A DNA stretch of 64,000 bases from Clostridia bacterium. Lineage in GTDB: Bacteria > Bacillota > Clostridia > Christensenellales > Borkfalkiaceae. Positions 10,341-18,761 of the stretch are shown here, in pieces. Location of the stretch: NCBI GenBank assembly GCA_017503525.1, contig JAFVTA010000061.1, positions 8,040 through 72,039 of the forward strand, written 5' to 3'. The notes below the pieces were generated by a model. The model ran no database searches, had not been told where the DNA came from, and saw only the letters and a list, made by a program, of their open reading frames with translations. Position 1 is the stretch's first letter; each line of letters opens with the position of its first letter. Made by a program: the position numbers and the translations under genes.

Positions 10341-10612
10341 CGAGAGTCGAACTCGAAAGGTTTTGACGGCAAAAAATGGCATAATACTTCGTTGAACTTC
10401 TTGACAAACCGTCAGGGTTTGCCTGCGAAGTCCGCCTTGTCTTCTTCTCATTTTTTGCTCGTAAAAACTGCGCAGCACCTTAAAAGGAATATTTTTCAGC
10501 AGATTTTGGCGAAGGTGGACGCAGTTGTATATAAATACTACAAGAACGCATTTGACGAAATATGCGAAAAATAAACTTTTAAGGCTTACGAGTTCGACTC
10601 TCGTCAGGTTAA
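10332..10612 (+). ncRNA. Candidate structured RNA, clamp element copy A (281 nt)
   Basis: Perfect 24-bp closing stem (10332..10355 with 10589..10612). Interior is homologous to 39223..39444, including a 50-nt block (10521..10570) identical at 44/50 positions by hand count. A plus-strand intrinsic terminator follows. Confidence 0.5.
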
Positions 10613-10632
10613 GATAATCGTAATAAACGCAT

Positions 10633-10671
10633 ACCTGCCCCGTGGGATTTCCCACGGGGCAGGTGTTTTTT
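10633..10671. terminator. Intrinsic terminator between convergent units
   Basis: ACCTGCCCCGTGGG/CCCACGGGGCAGGT hairpin followed by a T-run on the plus strand; lies just past the stop of the minus-strand GT2 gene. Confidence 0.75.
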
Positions 10672-11602
10672 ACTCGTCTAAATTGTATTTGTCGGACAGG
10701 ATATATTTCGGTCGGTTTTGCACTTCCTTATAAATCATACTGGTGTGGATATTCGCAAGCCCTTGGCACACGAGCACGACCGCAGTCAGCGCGCCTGCCG
10801 TCGGGAACAGCCAAGCCGTCAATCCCCCGAAGGCGATGCCGTTGAGCGCCAGTACGATAAAGGCGATAAAGCAAGCTACGCTTGCAAATCCAAGCAATAA
10901 CCCAAGCTTAATGGGCAAAGTAAGGGTATAATCGGTGTTAGGAAATACCCCTGCTTCGGCAAGCTTGACCATTTTCTTGACCGTGTAATGGCTTGCACCT
11001 GCAATGCGTTCGGGGCGGTCAAACTCCACGCAGGTCTGCTTAAAGCCTACCCATGCCGCTTGCGCCCTAAGCAATCTATCGTGTTCGCCCATGGATAAAA
11101 TGGCGTTCACTACCTTTCTGTCGTACAGCTTAAAATCACCGCTGTTGCGCTGGATATCCATACCCGTAATCTTTCTCGTAAAGCCGTAGAAAAGCTTTGC
11201 CGTCGTGCGCTTGAACACCGTTTCGCCCTTGCGTTTACGGCGTTTTCCATGCACGATTTCGTAGCCTTCCTTCCACTTTTCAATCATTTCAAGGGCAACT
11301 TCGGGAGGATCTTGCAGGTCCGCATCCATGGCAATTACCGCATCGCCGTTTGCGTGCTCCATACCGCATAAAAGCGCCGCCTGCTGACCGAAATTACGGG
11401 AAAAATTGCATACCTTTACGCGCTTATCTTGATTTGCAAGCTCTTTTAAAATGCCTTTCGTTCCGTCTATGCTACCGTCGTTTACGAAAATGATTTCGTA
11501 TTCTTCGTTTAATCCGTTAAATAACGGCGTGACTGCATCGTAGAAAAAATGCAAGCTTTTCTCTTCGTTATATGCAGGAACGATAATCGAATATTTTGCC
11601 AT
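10670..11602 (-). CDS. Family 2 glycosyltransferase (polyprenyl-phosphate glycosyltransferase-like, two C-terminal TM helices)
   Basis: 310-aa ORF with YSIIVPAYNEE and DADLQDPPE GT-A motifs and a hydrophobic C-terminus, as in GtrB/DPM1-like enzymes. Confidence 0.85.
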   Translation of the reverse strand: MAKYSIIVPAYNEEKSLHFFYDAVTPLFNGLNEEYEIIFVNDGSIDGTKGILKELANQDKRVKVCNFSRNFGQQAALLCGMEHANGDAVIAMDADLQDPPEVALEMIEKWKEGYEIVHGKRRKRKGETVFKRTTAKLFYGFTRKITGMDIQRNSGDFKLYDRKVVNAILSMGEHDRLLRAQAAWVGFKQTCVEFDRPERIAGASHYTVKKMVKLAEAGVFPNTDYTLTLPIKLGLLLGFASVACFIAFIVLALNGIAFGGLTAWLFPTAGALTAVVLVCQGLANIHTSMIYKEVQNRPKYILSDKYNLDE

Positions 11603-11622
11603 AGTATTTACCTCTTTTCCTT

Positions 11623-11651
11623 ATTATACTATATACTATCCCGTTTGTCAA
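11623..11651 (-). promoter_or_regulatory. Sigma-70-type promoter of the GT2 gene
   Basis: Minus strand reads TTGACA-N17-TATAAT. Confidence 0.65.
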
Positions 11652-11770
11652 GGAAAAATCAAGGCGCTGCCTTATCTCCTCTATTCTATCCCTTGCATCT
11701 TTTTAAACTATGTAAATAACATAAAAAGTTAGCCGAGCTTTGTAAAAAGCTCGGCTTTTATTCTTTATAC

Positions 11771-11935
11771 AAAAAAGTGTCGATTACCAAACGATAACCG
11801 ACACCGTAAAGCGCCTTTATCGCTTAGCTGCGACACCAATCAATAAATAACCTAACCACAAGTTTTTTATAACGCGAAAAAGGTACACCTTACCTAAAAA
11901 GTATACTCGCCATTAAGCTATTTAATTGGAGTCGC
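11771..11935 (-). ncRNA. Candidate small RNA or leader with own promoter and intrinsic terminator
   Basis: Minus-strand TTGATT (11970..11965)-N17-TACAAT (11947..11942). Closing stem 11925..11935 with 11830..11840, extended by G-U pairs. 12-bp terminator hairpin 11777..11804 followed by U6. No ORF. Confidence 0.4.
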
Positions 11936-12030
11936 AATTACATTGTAGCACTTTTTTGCCGTGAAATCAAGGGAATAGAGGAAAATTTAAGAAAAAAGTT
12001 TTTTCGGGTACACGTAAAAACCGACGGGGT

Positions 12031-12495
12031 TTACCGTCGGTTTTCGTTTAGATAAGTTAATAATCCTTTTAAGCCTCGTTCGATATCGTTGTAGGTGGTC
12101 GTAAAATTCCCCGTATACCACGGGTCGGCGACCGACCCTCCGCCTGCAAACGACAGCAACATTTTACATTTATGCGCGTTGTTTGCGCCGACGATTTTTT
12201 GCGCTCGGCGTAAATTGCTCTCGTCCATGCAAAGGAGTAAATCGTAATATTCCCCGTCCTTTGCCGTCAAGAGCTGCGCCCGTTTCCCACCGCAAGAAAT
12301 GCCGTGCTTGGCAAGCTCCGCTTTTGCAGGGGGATAGATAGGATTGCCTATTCCATTCCAAATTTCCTCGGTGGAAACGGCAGACGAGGCGATTTCAAAC
12401 TCCTCTGCTCTATCCGCTACCATTGCCTTTAATTGAAATTCCGCCATGGGCGAACGGCAAATGTTGCCATGACATACGAACATGATTTTATGCAC
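12031..12495 (-). CDS. Low-molecular-weight protein-tyrosine phosphatase
   Basis: 154-aa ORF with the CX5R(S) P-loop in MFVCHGNICRSPMAE and a DP motif near the C-terminus. Confidence 0.9.
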   Translation of the reverse strand: MHKIMFVCHGNICRSPMAEFQLKAMVADRAEEFEIASSAVSTEEIWNGIGNPIYPPAKAELAKHGISCGGKRAQLLTAKDGEYYDLLLCMDESNLRRAQKIVGANNAHKCKMLLSFAGGGSVADPWYTGNFTTTYNDIERGLKGLLTYLNENRR

Positions 12496-12697
12496 CGCTC
12501 TGCTCCTTGCCGTCCGTTTCGGGCGTTTTTTCTTCGTTTTTTACGCTTGCTCTATGACAAGCCCCTGCGCTTGGGCAAGCGCTGCAACCGCAGCCGCAGC
12601 CCCCTTCGCCCTTGCGTTTTTTCCAAATAAGATAGGCGATAATGCCTATAAAGGCTATCGCTAAAATCACGATTAATATAATATCAATAGGTTCCAT
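12488..12697 (-). CDS. FeoB-associated Cys-rich small membrane protein
   Basis: 69-aa ORF directly downstream of feoB with one TM helix followed by GGCGCGCSACPSAGAC, as I recall for the FeoB-associated Cys-rich family. Confidence 0.7.
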   Translation of the reverse strand: MEPIDIILIVILAIAFIGIIAYLIWKKRKGEGGCGCGCSACPSAGACHRASVKNEEKTPETDGKEQSGA

Positions 12698-12759
12698 AGT
12701 TTCTCCTTATTCGCATACCTGCCCCCTTTGTTTTTACAGAGGGGGCAGGCGAGGTGCTT

Positions 12760-15069
12760 TTATTTCTTTGCGTTCAAAAGCCGCTTTTGGGCGTCTTTTT
12801 TATCCGCGTATTTGTTGTAGAACACGATACCGACCACAGCCATCGCCGCGACAACGAGCCAAATGACTACGGGCCAAACAAATTCGCCTACGGTATAGAC
12901 GATACTCGACACCAAGAAGGAAGTGAAAATCCAGAACAAAAGCGTCCATTTGAATTTTTCTTTGCCGATTTCCCCTCTTGCCGCCGCCACTGCCGCAAAG
13001 CAAGGAATGGTGAGCATGTTAAATGCGATAAAGGAAATCAAGCCTGCTACGCCGATACCCGTTGCCTCGATCATGACGACGACTTCGCGGATACCGTCTT
13101 CGCTGCTGCCGCCAAACGCCATGGGCGCAAGGCACGCTGCCAAGGTTCCAAACGCTGCGATAACGTCTTCTTTTGCAATCAAGCCAAGCATCGCCGCTAC
13201 GGCGAATACCCAACCGTTGGTATTGAGTTGGCTGCCAAACCCAAGCGGCGTAAAAATGGGTTGGATAAACTGACCCAAGGACGCGAGAATAGACAAATCC
13301 GTTCTTGCAAATTCCTCTTCGCCGATCGTGATATAGCCGACGTGCTTCCATTGCCAGTTGAAGTTGGACAAGAACCAAATGGCTACACAGGAAATCAAAA
13401 TAATGGTAAACGCTTTGGTAATGAAGTGCTTTGCTTTATCCCAAAGGTGGAGCATTAAGTTTTTAAACCCGGGCATATGGTAGGTGGGAAGCTCCATAAT
13501 GAACGGCGACGCCTCGCCGCGCTGGGTGGTGTTGCGCATGACAAGTAAGGAAATAAGCGCCGTCACCATACCAAGCAGGTACATGGAGTAAGTAATCACG
13601 TCTGCGTTCCCAAAATCGAACACTTGCACGATACCGCCTGCTACCGCAAGCAGAATGGGCAATTTTGCACCGCAAGAGAAGAAAGGAATTACGCGAACCG
13701 TCGCCTGTCTTTCCTTTTCGTCCGCCATGGTACGGGTATTAATCATTGCAGGTACGGAGCAGCCAAAGCCCATGATCATGGGCATGAACGCTCTGCCCGA
13801 AACGCCGAAACGGCGGAAAATTCTATCCAGCATGAACGCTACGCGCGCCATATAACCGCTATCTTCCAAAATCGAAAACAACAAGAAAAGTACGAGAATT
13901 TGAGGCAGGAAGGAAAGCACGGACGCTACGCCCCCCCAGATACCGTCTACAATCAAGCCTGCAAGAATAGGATTTGCGCCAAGCCCGTCTAACCCTAAAG
14001 ACAGCCACTCTTCTACCTTGCCTGTGAACAGCTCCATGGCATTAAATAAAATCACGCCGGGGGAGTTGATACCGCCTGCAAAGAAAATCGTTTTTACAGC
14101 GTTGCCCTCTACGCCGCACCACTCGCCAAACGCAGGAATAATACTGCCAAGGTATAAGAAGTTCTCCGAGAATGTGAGGTGGAAAATCGCGAACATGATC
14201 ACGAGGAAAATGGGAATCCCTGCCCATTTATGCGTGAGCACCTTATCCGCTTTATCCGATTTCGACAGCTCGTCATAGCTGGGTTTTCTCGCTCTTGTGA
14301 GCGTGGACGAGAAATGCGCGGTTATGTATTTATATCTCGCATCGGCAATCGCCGCTTCCATGTCCCCGTTGAAGGGGTCTTGGGTTAAGTTTTCGCGAAT
14401 AAACGCCTCTACCGCACGCGATTCCGCAGGGTGCGTTTGCACCTCGATAGCGTCCTTTTCCACAAGCTTTACCGCATGGAACAGGGGCGCTTCTACCTCT
14501 TTGAGCTTTAATGCGATTTCCGCGTTATTGATTGCGGACGAGAGCGCGGATTCCTTGAGCACGCTGCTCCCCTTGCGCCCGTTTTTGACCGCTTCTATCG
14601 CGCGCGTCATTAATTTTTCTACGTTGTTTCCCTTGAGCGCGGAAATTTCCACTACGGGCAAGCCGATTCTCTTTTCCAAGGTCTTTACGTCGATACGGTC
14701 GCCGTTCTTGTCGAGTACGTCCGTCATGTTGAGCGCGACGACCACAGGTACGTCAAGCTCCATAAGCTGGGTGGTCAAGTACAGGTTGCGCTCTAAGTTG
14801 GTCGCATCTACGATATTGATAACACAGTCGGGGTGCTCGTCAAGAATAAAGTTTCTTGCAATCACCTCTTCGGGCGTATAAGGCGAAAGAGAATAAATCC
14901 CGGGCAGGTCGACAATATCCACGGGCTCGTCGCCCTTTTTATACGTACCCGTCTTCTTGTCTACCGTCACCCCCGGCCAGTTGCCTACGTGCGCCGTACT
15001 GCCCGTGAGTTCATTAAACAACGTGGTCTTACCCGAGTTCGGGTTCCCCACTAATGCAAATCTTAACAT
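12760..15069 (-). CDS. feoB: Ferrous iron transporter FeoB
   Basis: 769-aa ORF with N-terminal G domain GNPNSGKTTLFN plus a polytopic membrane domain with Gate motifs. Confidence 0.95.
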   Translation of the reverse strand: MLRFALVGNPNSGKTTLFNELTGSTAHVGNWPGVTVDKKTGTYKKGDEPVDIVDLPGIYSLSPYTPEEVIARNFILDEHPDCVINIVDATNLERNLYLTTQLMELDVPVVVALNMTDVLDKNGDRIDVKTLEKRIGLPVVEISALKGNNVEKLMTRAIEAVKNGRKGSSVLKESALSSAINNAEIALKLKEVEAPLFHAVKLVEKDAIEVQTHPAESRAVEAFIRENLTQDPFNGDMEAAIADARYKYITAHFSSTLTRARKPSYDELSKSDKADKVLTHKWAGIPIFLVIMFAIFHLTFSENFLYLGSIIPAFGEWCGVEGNAVKTIFFAGGINSPGVILFNAMELFTGKVEEWLSLGLDGLGANPILAGLIVDGIWGGVASVLSFLPQILVLFLLFSILEDSGYMARVAFMLDRIFRRFGVSGRAFMPMIMGFGCSVPAMINTRTMADEKERQATVRVIPFFSCGAKLPILLAVAGGIVQVFDFGNADVITYSMYLLGMVTALISLLVMRNTTQRGEASPFIMELPTYHMPGFKNLMLHLWDKAKHFITKAFTIILISCVAIWFLSNFNWQWKHVGYITIGEEEFARTDLSILASLGQFIQPIFTPLGFGSQLNTNGWVFAVAAMLGLIAKEDVIAAFGTLAACLAPMAFGGSSEDGIREVVVMIEATGIGVAGLISFIAFNMLTIPCFAAVAAARGEIGKEKFKWTLLFWIFTSFLVSSIVYTVGEFVWPVVIWLVVAAMAVVGIVFYNKYADKKDAQKRLLNAKK

Positions 15070-15080
15070 ATTCTCTCCTT

Positions 15081-15302
15081 TTATTTCACTTCTACGTTTG
15101 CAGCCTCTGCTTTGCGCAAGGTCAACTCGTAGCCTCGAATTGCGATTTCAATCGGGTCGCCAAGGGGCGCTTTCTTTCGTAAATACACCTCTGCCCCGGG
15201 CGTAATGCCCATGTCAAACAAACGGCGGCGCACCGCCCCTTCACCGTGGACGGCAACTACCGTTGCCTGCTCCCCGATTTTAAGCTGCGATAAAAGTTTC
15301 AT
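15081..15302 (-). CDS. feoA: FeoA family protein
   Basis: 73-aa SH3-like FeoA ORF immediately upstream of feoB. Confidence 0.9.
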   Translation of the reverse strand: MKLLSQLKIGEQATVVAVHGEGAVRRRLFDMGITPGAEVYLRKKAPLGDPIEIAIRGYELTLRKAEAANVEVK

Positions 15303-15327
15303 ACTATCTCCTATATATGTATAATTT

Positions 15328-15440
15328 CTTAACCTTGGTTAAGTTTTTTATTCAAAGAAAAAGCGGATCTCTATCCGTATTACGAAATTGATTATACCAC
15401 TATTTTATGCCGTTGTCAAGAAAAATGAACCGCGGTTAAG
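15328..15440. promoter_or_regulatory. Two TTAACC-NN-GGTTAA-type palindromes upstream of feoA (candidate metalloregulator operators)
   Basis: CTTAACCttGGTTAAG at 15328..15343 and GAACCgcGGTTAAG at 15427..15440, in the feoA upstream region. Confidence 0.4.
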
Positions 15441-15513
15441 AAATTTTTGGAAAAATTTTTTTTGATATTTTTACGGCGAGGGAGTATCCCCCTCGCCGTT
15501 TCATTATTATATA

Positions 15514-16140
15514 TTATTCAGCCGTGATGAAGTTTACTTCCAAATCCGTTAAGTAGTGATTGCCGTCACCGATTTGGATTTTTTCCCAAGCTTCGCTCGT
15601 ACCCGTGTAGTTAACCGTCTTTAACTCCCAACAGTTGTGGAACGCATACGCACCGATCGTTTGCACGCCCGAACCAATCGTAATCGAACGCAACACTCTG
15701 CAATGATAGAACGCATTTTCGCCGATATAGGTGACGGAATCGGGAATAACGATTTCAAACATGTAATAGCATTGACTAAAGCAATTATCTTCCAATGTGG
15801 TCACCGAATTAGGTATAGTGACTTTTTGGATACCCCAAGATTGACGGTTATCGATAAACGTATCGCTTGCAATTGTCGTCACGGGAACGCCGTCGATTTC
15901 CGCCAAAATATTTGCCTCGTTTACACCCTCTTTACAGTCCACAAGGGAGTAATATGTACCGTCCGCGCTCAATTTGTAGGTAAGCCCGTCTTTCTCATAT
16001 CCCGTCTTACCGCCGAGTATATCGCCGATTTGATCCGCTAAGCCCGTAAGGCTACAACCTGTCAGCATAAGCGCCGACAAGCATGCGCAAAGTGCCACCA
16101 ACAATCTTTTTAACCAACCCGTTTTGTACGTCGTTTTCAT
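15514..16140 (-). CDS. Lipoprotein with BspA-type leucine-rich repeats
   Basis: 208-aa ORF with lipobox LTGCS and repeated IPxSVTxIgxxAFxxC units. Confidence 0.75.
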   Translation of the reverse strand: MKTTYKTGWLKRLLVALCACLSALMLTGCSLTGLADQIGDILGGKTGYEKDGLTYKLSADGTYYSLVDCKEGVNEANILAEIDGVPVTTIASDTFIDNRQSWGIQKVTIPNSVTTLEDNCFSQCYYMFEIVIPDSVTYIGENAFYHCRVLRSITIGSGVQTIGAYAFHNCWELKTVNYTGTSEAWEKIQIGDGNHYLTDLEVNFITAE

Positions 16141-16168
16141 AGAGTTTTCCTCCTAAAATTTTACAAAT

Positions 16169-16543
16169 TTATTCTTTCCCGATCGCCTGTTTCATCATGA
16201 AAAAGGTTTCGTTAGAAATCAAGTGTTCCATACGGCAAGCGTCCTCTTCCGCCGCCGCCGCGCCCACGCCGCAATGCTGCAGGTATTCGCGGATAATACA
16301 ATGCTTTTCGTACACGCTTTCCGCGTACGCTTTTCCCTCTTGGGTTAGGTACAGGTGTTTGCCTTCCTCGTATACGTACCCCTTTTCTACAAGCAACTTC
16401 ACCGCCTTATTCACCGCCGCCTGCGAAACGCCCATGCGCTTGGCTACGTCGATACGGTGCACGACGGAATATTCTTTGGCAAGCATTAAAATGCTCTCCA
16501 AATAATCCTCGCCCGATTGATTGTACTTTGCGTAAGTGTTCAT
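16169..16543 (-). CDS. DtxR/MntR family metal-dependent transcriptional regulator
   Basis: 124-aa ORF with GEDYLESI...VAKRMGVSQAAVNKAVKLLVEKGYV wHTH plus a dimerisation helix. Confidence 0.85.
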   Translation of the reverse strand: MNTYAKYNQSGEDYLESILMLAKEYSVVHRIDVAKRMGVSQAAVNKAVKLLVEKGYVYEEGKHLYLTQEGKAYAESVYEKHCIIREYLQHCGVGAAAAEEDACRMEHLISNETFFMMKQAIGKE

Positions 16544-16658
16544 AAAACTCCTGAAAGGATTAGTGAAAAAGTAAGAGTGAAGAGTGAAAAAGTGTGGTAA
16601 AATTTTTAATGCTTCCGCTCCTATTCACTTTTACTTTTTACCTATTACTTTGTTTGAT

Positions 16659-17693
16659 TTATAAAATCAAACACGCGTCGCCGAAGGAAAAGAAACGATA
16701 TTCTTTTTCGACTGCATATTTATACACGTCCAAAATTTCCTCTCTGCCCGTAAGACAAGCCACCAACATAATCAAGGTGCTTTCGGGTAAGTGGAAGTTC
16801 GTCACAAGCGCGTCCACGCACTTCATTTTATAGGGGGGATAGAGGAAAATTTCCGTATTTCCGCTGCAAGCGCGCACCAAACCGTTTTCGTCCGCTACGC
16901 TTTCCAGCGTGCGCACGGAAGTCGTGCCTACGGCGATTACCCGCCTGCCCTCTCGCTTGGCGCGGTTGATCTTTTCCGCCGCCTCCTCTTTGATTTCATA
17001 ATATTCAGAATGCATTTTGTGGTCGGTGATAATCTCTTCGCTAACGGGACGGAAGGTACCCAGCCCCACGTGCAAAAGCACTTCGGCGATTTCCACACCC
17101 TTGTCTTTGAGCGTTTTTAACAGCTCGTCCGTAAAATGCAACCCTGCGGTAGGCGCCGCCGCCGAACCGTCTACCTTACTGTATACGGTGTTGTAGCGCG
17201 CCTGGTCTTTAAGCTTTTCGCGGATATACGGGGGCAGGGGCATCGTCCCCACCTCGTTTAATACGTCCTCGAACGCGCCCTCATAGGCAAATTCCACGAT
17301 GCGTTCCCCCGTTTCGGTAATATCCTTAACGGTAAAAGACAATTTATCCCCGATTGTCATTTTTACCCCGATTTTACCCTTTTTTCCGGGGCGCATAAGC
17401 ACTTCCCAAGTATGCAAATCGTAGCGTTTTAAGAGTAAAACCTCCACCACGCCGCCGTGAGGCGTGAGCGCGTACATGCGCGCAGGGATTACCTTTGTAT
17501 TGTTGACTACGAGCAAATCCCCTGCCTGCAAATACTCCGCAATATCCCGAAATACTCTATCCTCGATACGCTTTTCGTCTTTTTTATACACGAGCAATCT
17601 CGACGAATCGCGAGGGTACGCAGGCGTTTGCGCAATTCGTTCCTCGGGCAAGTCGTAGTAAAAATCACTCTTTTTATACTGTACTTTTTGCAT
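16659..17693 (-). CDS. queA: S-adenosylmethionine:tRNA ribosyltransferase-isomerase
   Basis: ORF 16659..17708 starts at a TTG; I prefer ATG 17693 (MQKVQYKKSDFYYDLPEERIAQTP). Full-length QueA-like. Confidence 0.93.
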   Translation of the reverse strand: MQKVQYKKSDFYYDLPEERIAQTPAYPRDSSRLLVYKKDEKRIEDRVFRDIAEYLQAGDLLVVNNTKVIPARMYALTPHGGVVEVLLLKRYDLHTWEVLMRPGKKGKIGVKMTIGDKLSFTVKDITETGERIVEFAYEGAFEDVLNEVGTMPLPPYIREKLKDQARYNTVYSKVDGSAAAPTAGLHFTDELLKTLKDKGVEIAEVLLHVGLGTFRPVSEEIITDHKMHSEYYEIKEEAAEKINRAKREGRRVIAVGTTSVRTLESVADENGLVRACSGNTEIFLYPPYKMKCVDALVTNFHLPESTLIMLVACLTGREEILDVYKYAVEKEYRFFSFGDACLIL

Positions 17694-17694
17694 G

Positions 17695-18747
17695 TTAATT
17701 TTCTTCAAACATCGACATTTGTCTTCGCGCTTTCATACTCGGCTCGCAGCCCATATGCGCGTACCCGTCCTTGAGGCAAATTCTGCCCCTCGGCGTACGG
17801 GCGATAAACCCAAGCTGTAAAAGATAGGGCTCGTATACGTCCTCAATGGTGTTTGCGTCCTCGTTAATCGTCGCTGCCAGCGTTTCCAAGCCCGTAGGTC
17901 CGCCGCCGAATTTTTCAATCAACGCGCGGAGCAGGTTTCTATCCGTTTCGTCCAAGCCCAGCTCGTCAATCTCCAAACGGGCAAGCGCGAAACGCGCGTC
18001 CTCTCTCGTAATCGCCGCGTTCCCCTTAACCACGGAGAAATCGCGGACGCGTTTTAACAGTCTGTTGGCGATACGCGGCGTACCGCGGCTGCGTCGCGCA
18101 ATTTCCGCCGCCCCCTCGTCGTCAATGGCGATATCCAGCGCCTTTGCCGAACGGGTGACGATTTGTTTCAACTCGTTTGGCGTATACATTTCCAAACGGT
18201 TAATAATCCCAAAACGATCGCGAAGAGGCGCGGCAAGCATACCCACGCGCGTCGTCGCGCCGATCAGCGTAAATTTCTTCAACGCAAAACGAATATTCCG
18301 CGCGGACGGACCTTTGCCGACGATAATATCCAAGGCATAGTCCTCCATAGCGGAGTATAAAATTTCCTCAACCGAACGGTTTAACCGATGAATTTCGTCG
18401 ATAAATAGCACGTCCCCCTCGTTGAGGTTGGTCAAAATAGCGGCAAGATCCCCCGAACGCTCGATTGCAGGTCCGCTGGTGAGCTTTATCGCAACCCCCA
18501 GCTCGTTTGCGATAATATGCGAAAGGGTCGTTTTACCAAGCCCCGGAGGCCCGTACAAAAGGACGTGGTCAAGCGCCTCTCCGCGCGCTTTCGCGGCGGC
18601 GATATAAACGGCAAGATTTTCCTTCGCCTTTTGCTGACCGACGTAATCCGCCATAGTCTTGGGACGGAGAACGTTCTCTTCCGCATCGTATTCCGTTTTC
18701 GTGCCGACGATTAAACTCTCGTCCGCGCCGTACTCTTCGTCAAACAT
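17695..18747 (-). CDS. ruvB: Holliday junction branch migration ATPase RuvB
   Basis: 350-aa ORF with Walker [11 protein letters not shown] and RuvB-like domains. Confidence 0.96.
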   Translation of the reverse strand: MFDEEYGADESLIVGTKTEYDAEENVLRPKTMADYVGQQKAKENLAVYIAAAKARGEALDHVLLYGPPGLGKTTLSHIIANELGVAIKLTSGPAIERSGDLAAILTNLNEGDVLFIDEIHRLNRSVEEILYSAMEDYALDIIVGKGPSARNIRFALKKFTLIGATTRVGMLAAPLRDRFGIINRLEMYTPNELKQIVTRSAKALDIAIDDEGAAEIARRSRGTPRIANRLLKRVRDFSVVKGNAAITREDARFALARLEIDELGLDETDRNLLRALIEKFGGGPTGLETLAATINEDANTIEDVYEPYLLQLGFIARTPRGRICLKDGYAHMGCEPSMKARRQMSMFEEN

Positions 18748-18761
18748 AAATTCCCCTCTAA

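Noticed and set aside
10337-10358. Hammerhead-ribozyme-like core in the left arm of clamp element A: CUGACGA + stem II GAGU-cga-ACUC (with a G10.1-C11.1-like closing pair) + GAAA.
   Set aside because: I could not build stems I and III or a UH cleavage site around it. The candidate stem III partner ends in ...UUUG, and the GUC at 10603..10605 is not flanked by sequence that pairs correctly. The whole segment is sequestered in the perfect 24-bp closing stem, and copy B has no CUGANGA. The motif arises from an internal palindrome in the arm. A hammerhead covariance-model scan is still worthwhile.
10506-10574. Small peptide ORF across the conserved 3' block of the clamp elements: TTG-start 22 codons in A, and the same frame 39366..39464 giving 32 codons in B (AVV..YYKNAF.EI..K shared).
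   Set aside because: The only start available is a TTG, and the nearest AGGA is about 17 nt upstream. B has an in-frame TAG where A has CAG just upstream. The C-termini differ completely. The six nucleotide differences in the block are not biased to third codon positions.
10588-10612. tRNA-like 3' end in the right arm of element A: ACGAG-TTCGACT-CTCGT (5-bp stem with a T-loop-like TTCGANN) followed by CAGGTTA, which pairs with TAACCTG at 10333..10339 like an acceptor stem. I considered a tRNA, tmRNA or att-site remnant.
   Set aside because: There is no D arm or anticodon arm, and about 250 nt separate the acceptor halves. There is no GGGG 5' end, G3-U70, CCA or tag ORF as in tmRNA. Copy B's arms show no T-arm-like fold. 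It is most likely a by-product of the same internal palindrome.
10332-10612. Interpreting elements A and B as MITEs or IS remnants.
   Set aside because: The terminal inverted repeats are unrelated in sequence between the copies while the interiors are homologous, which is the opposite of a transposase-recognised TIR pattern. No direct target duplications flank either copy, and no transposase gene is in the window. A DNA inversion switch remains a live alternative and is listed under the findings.
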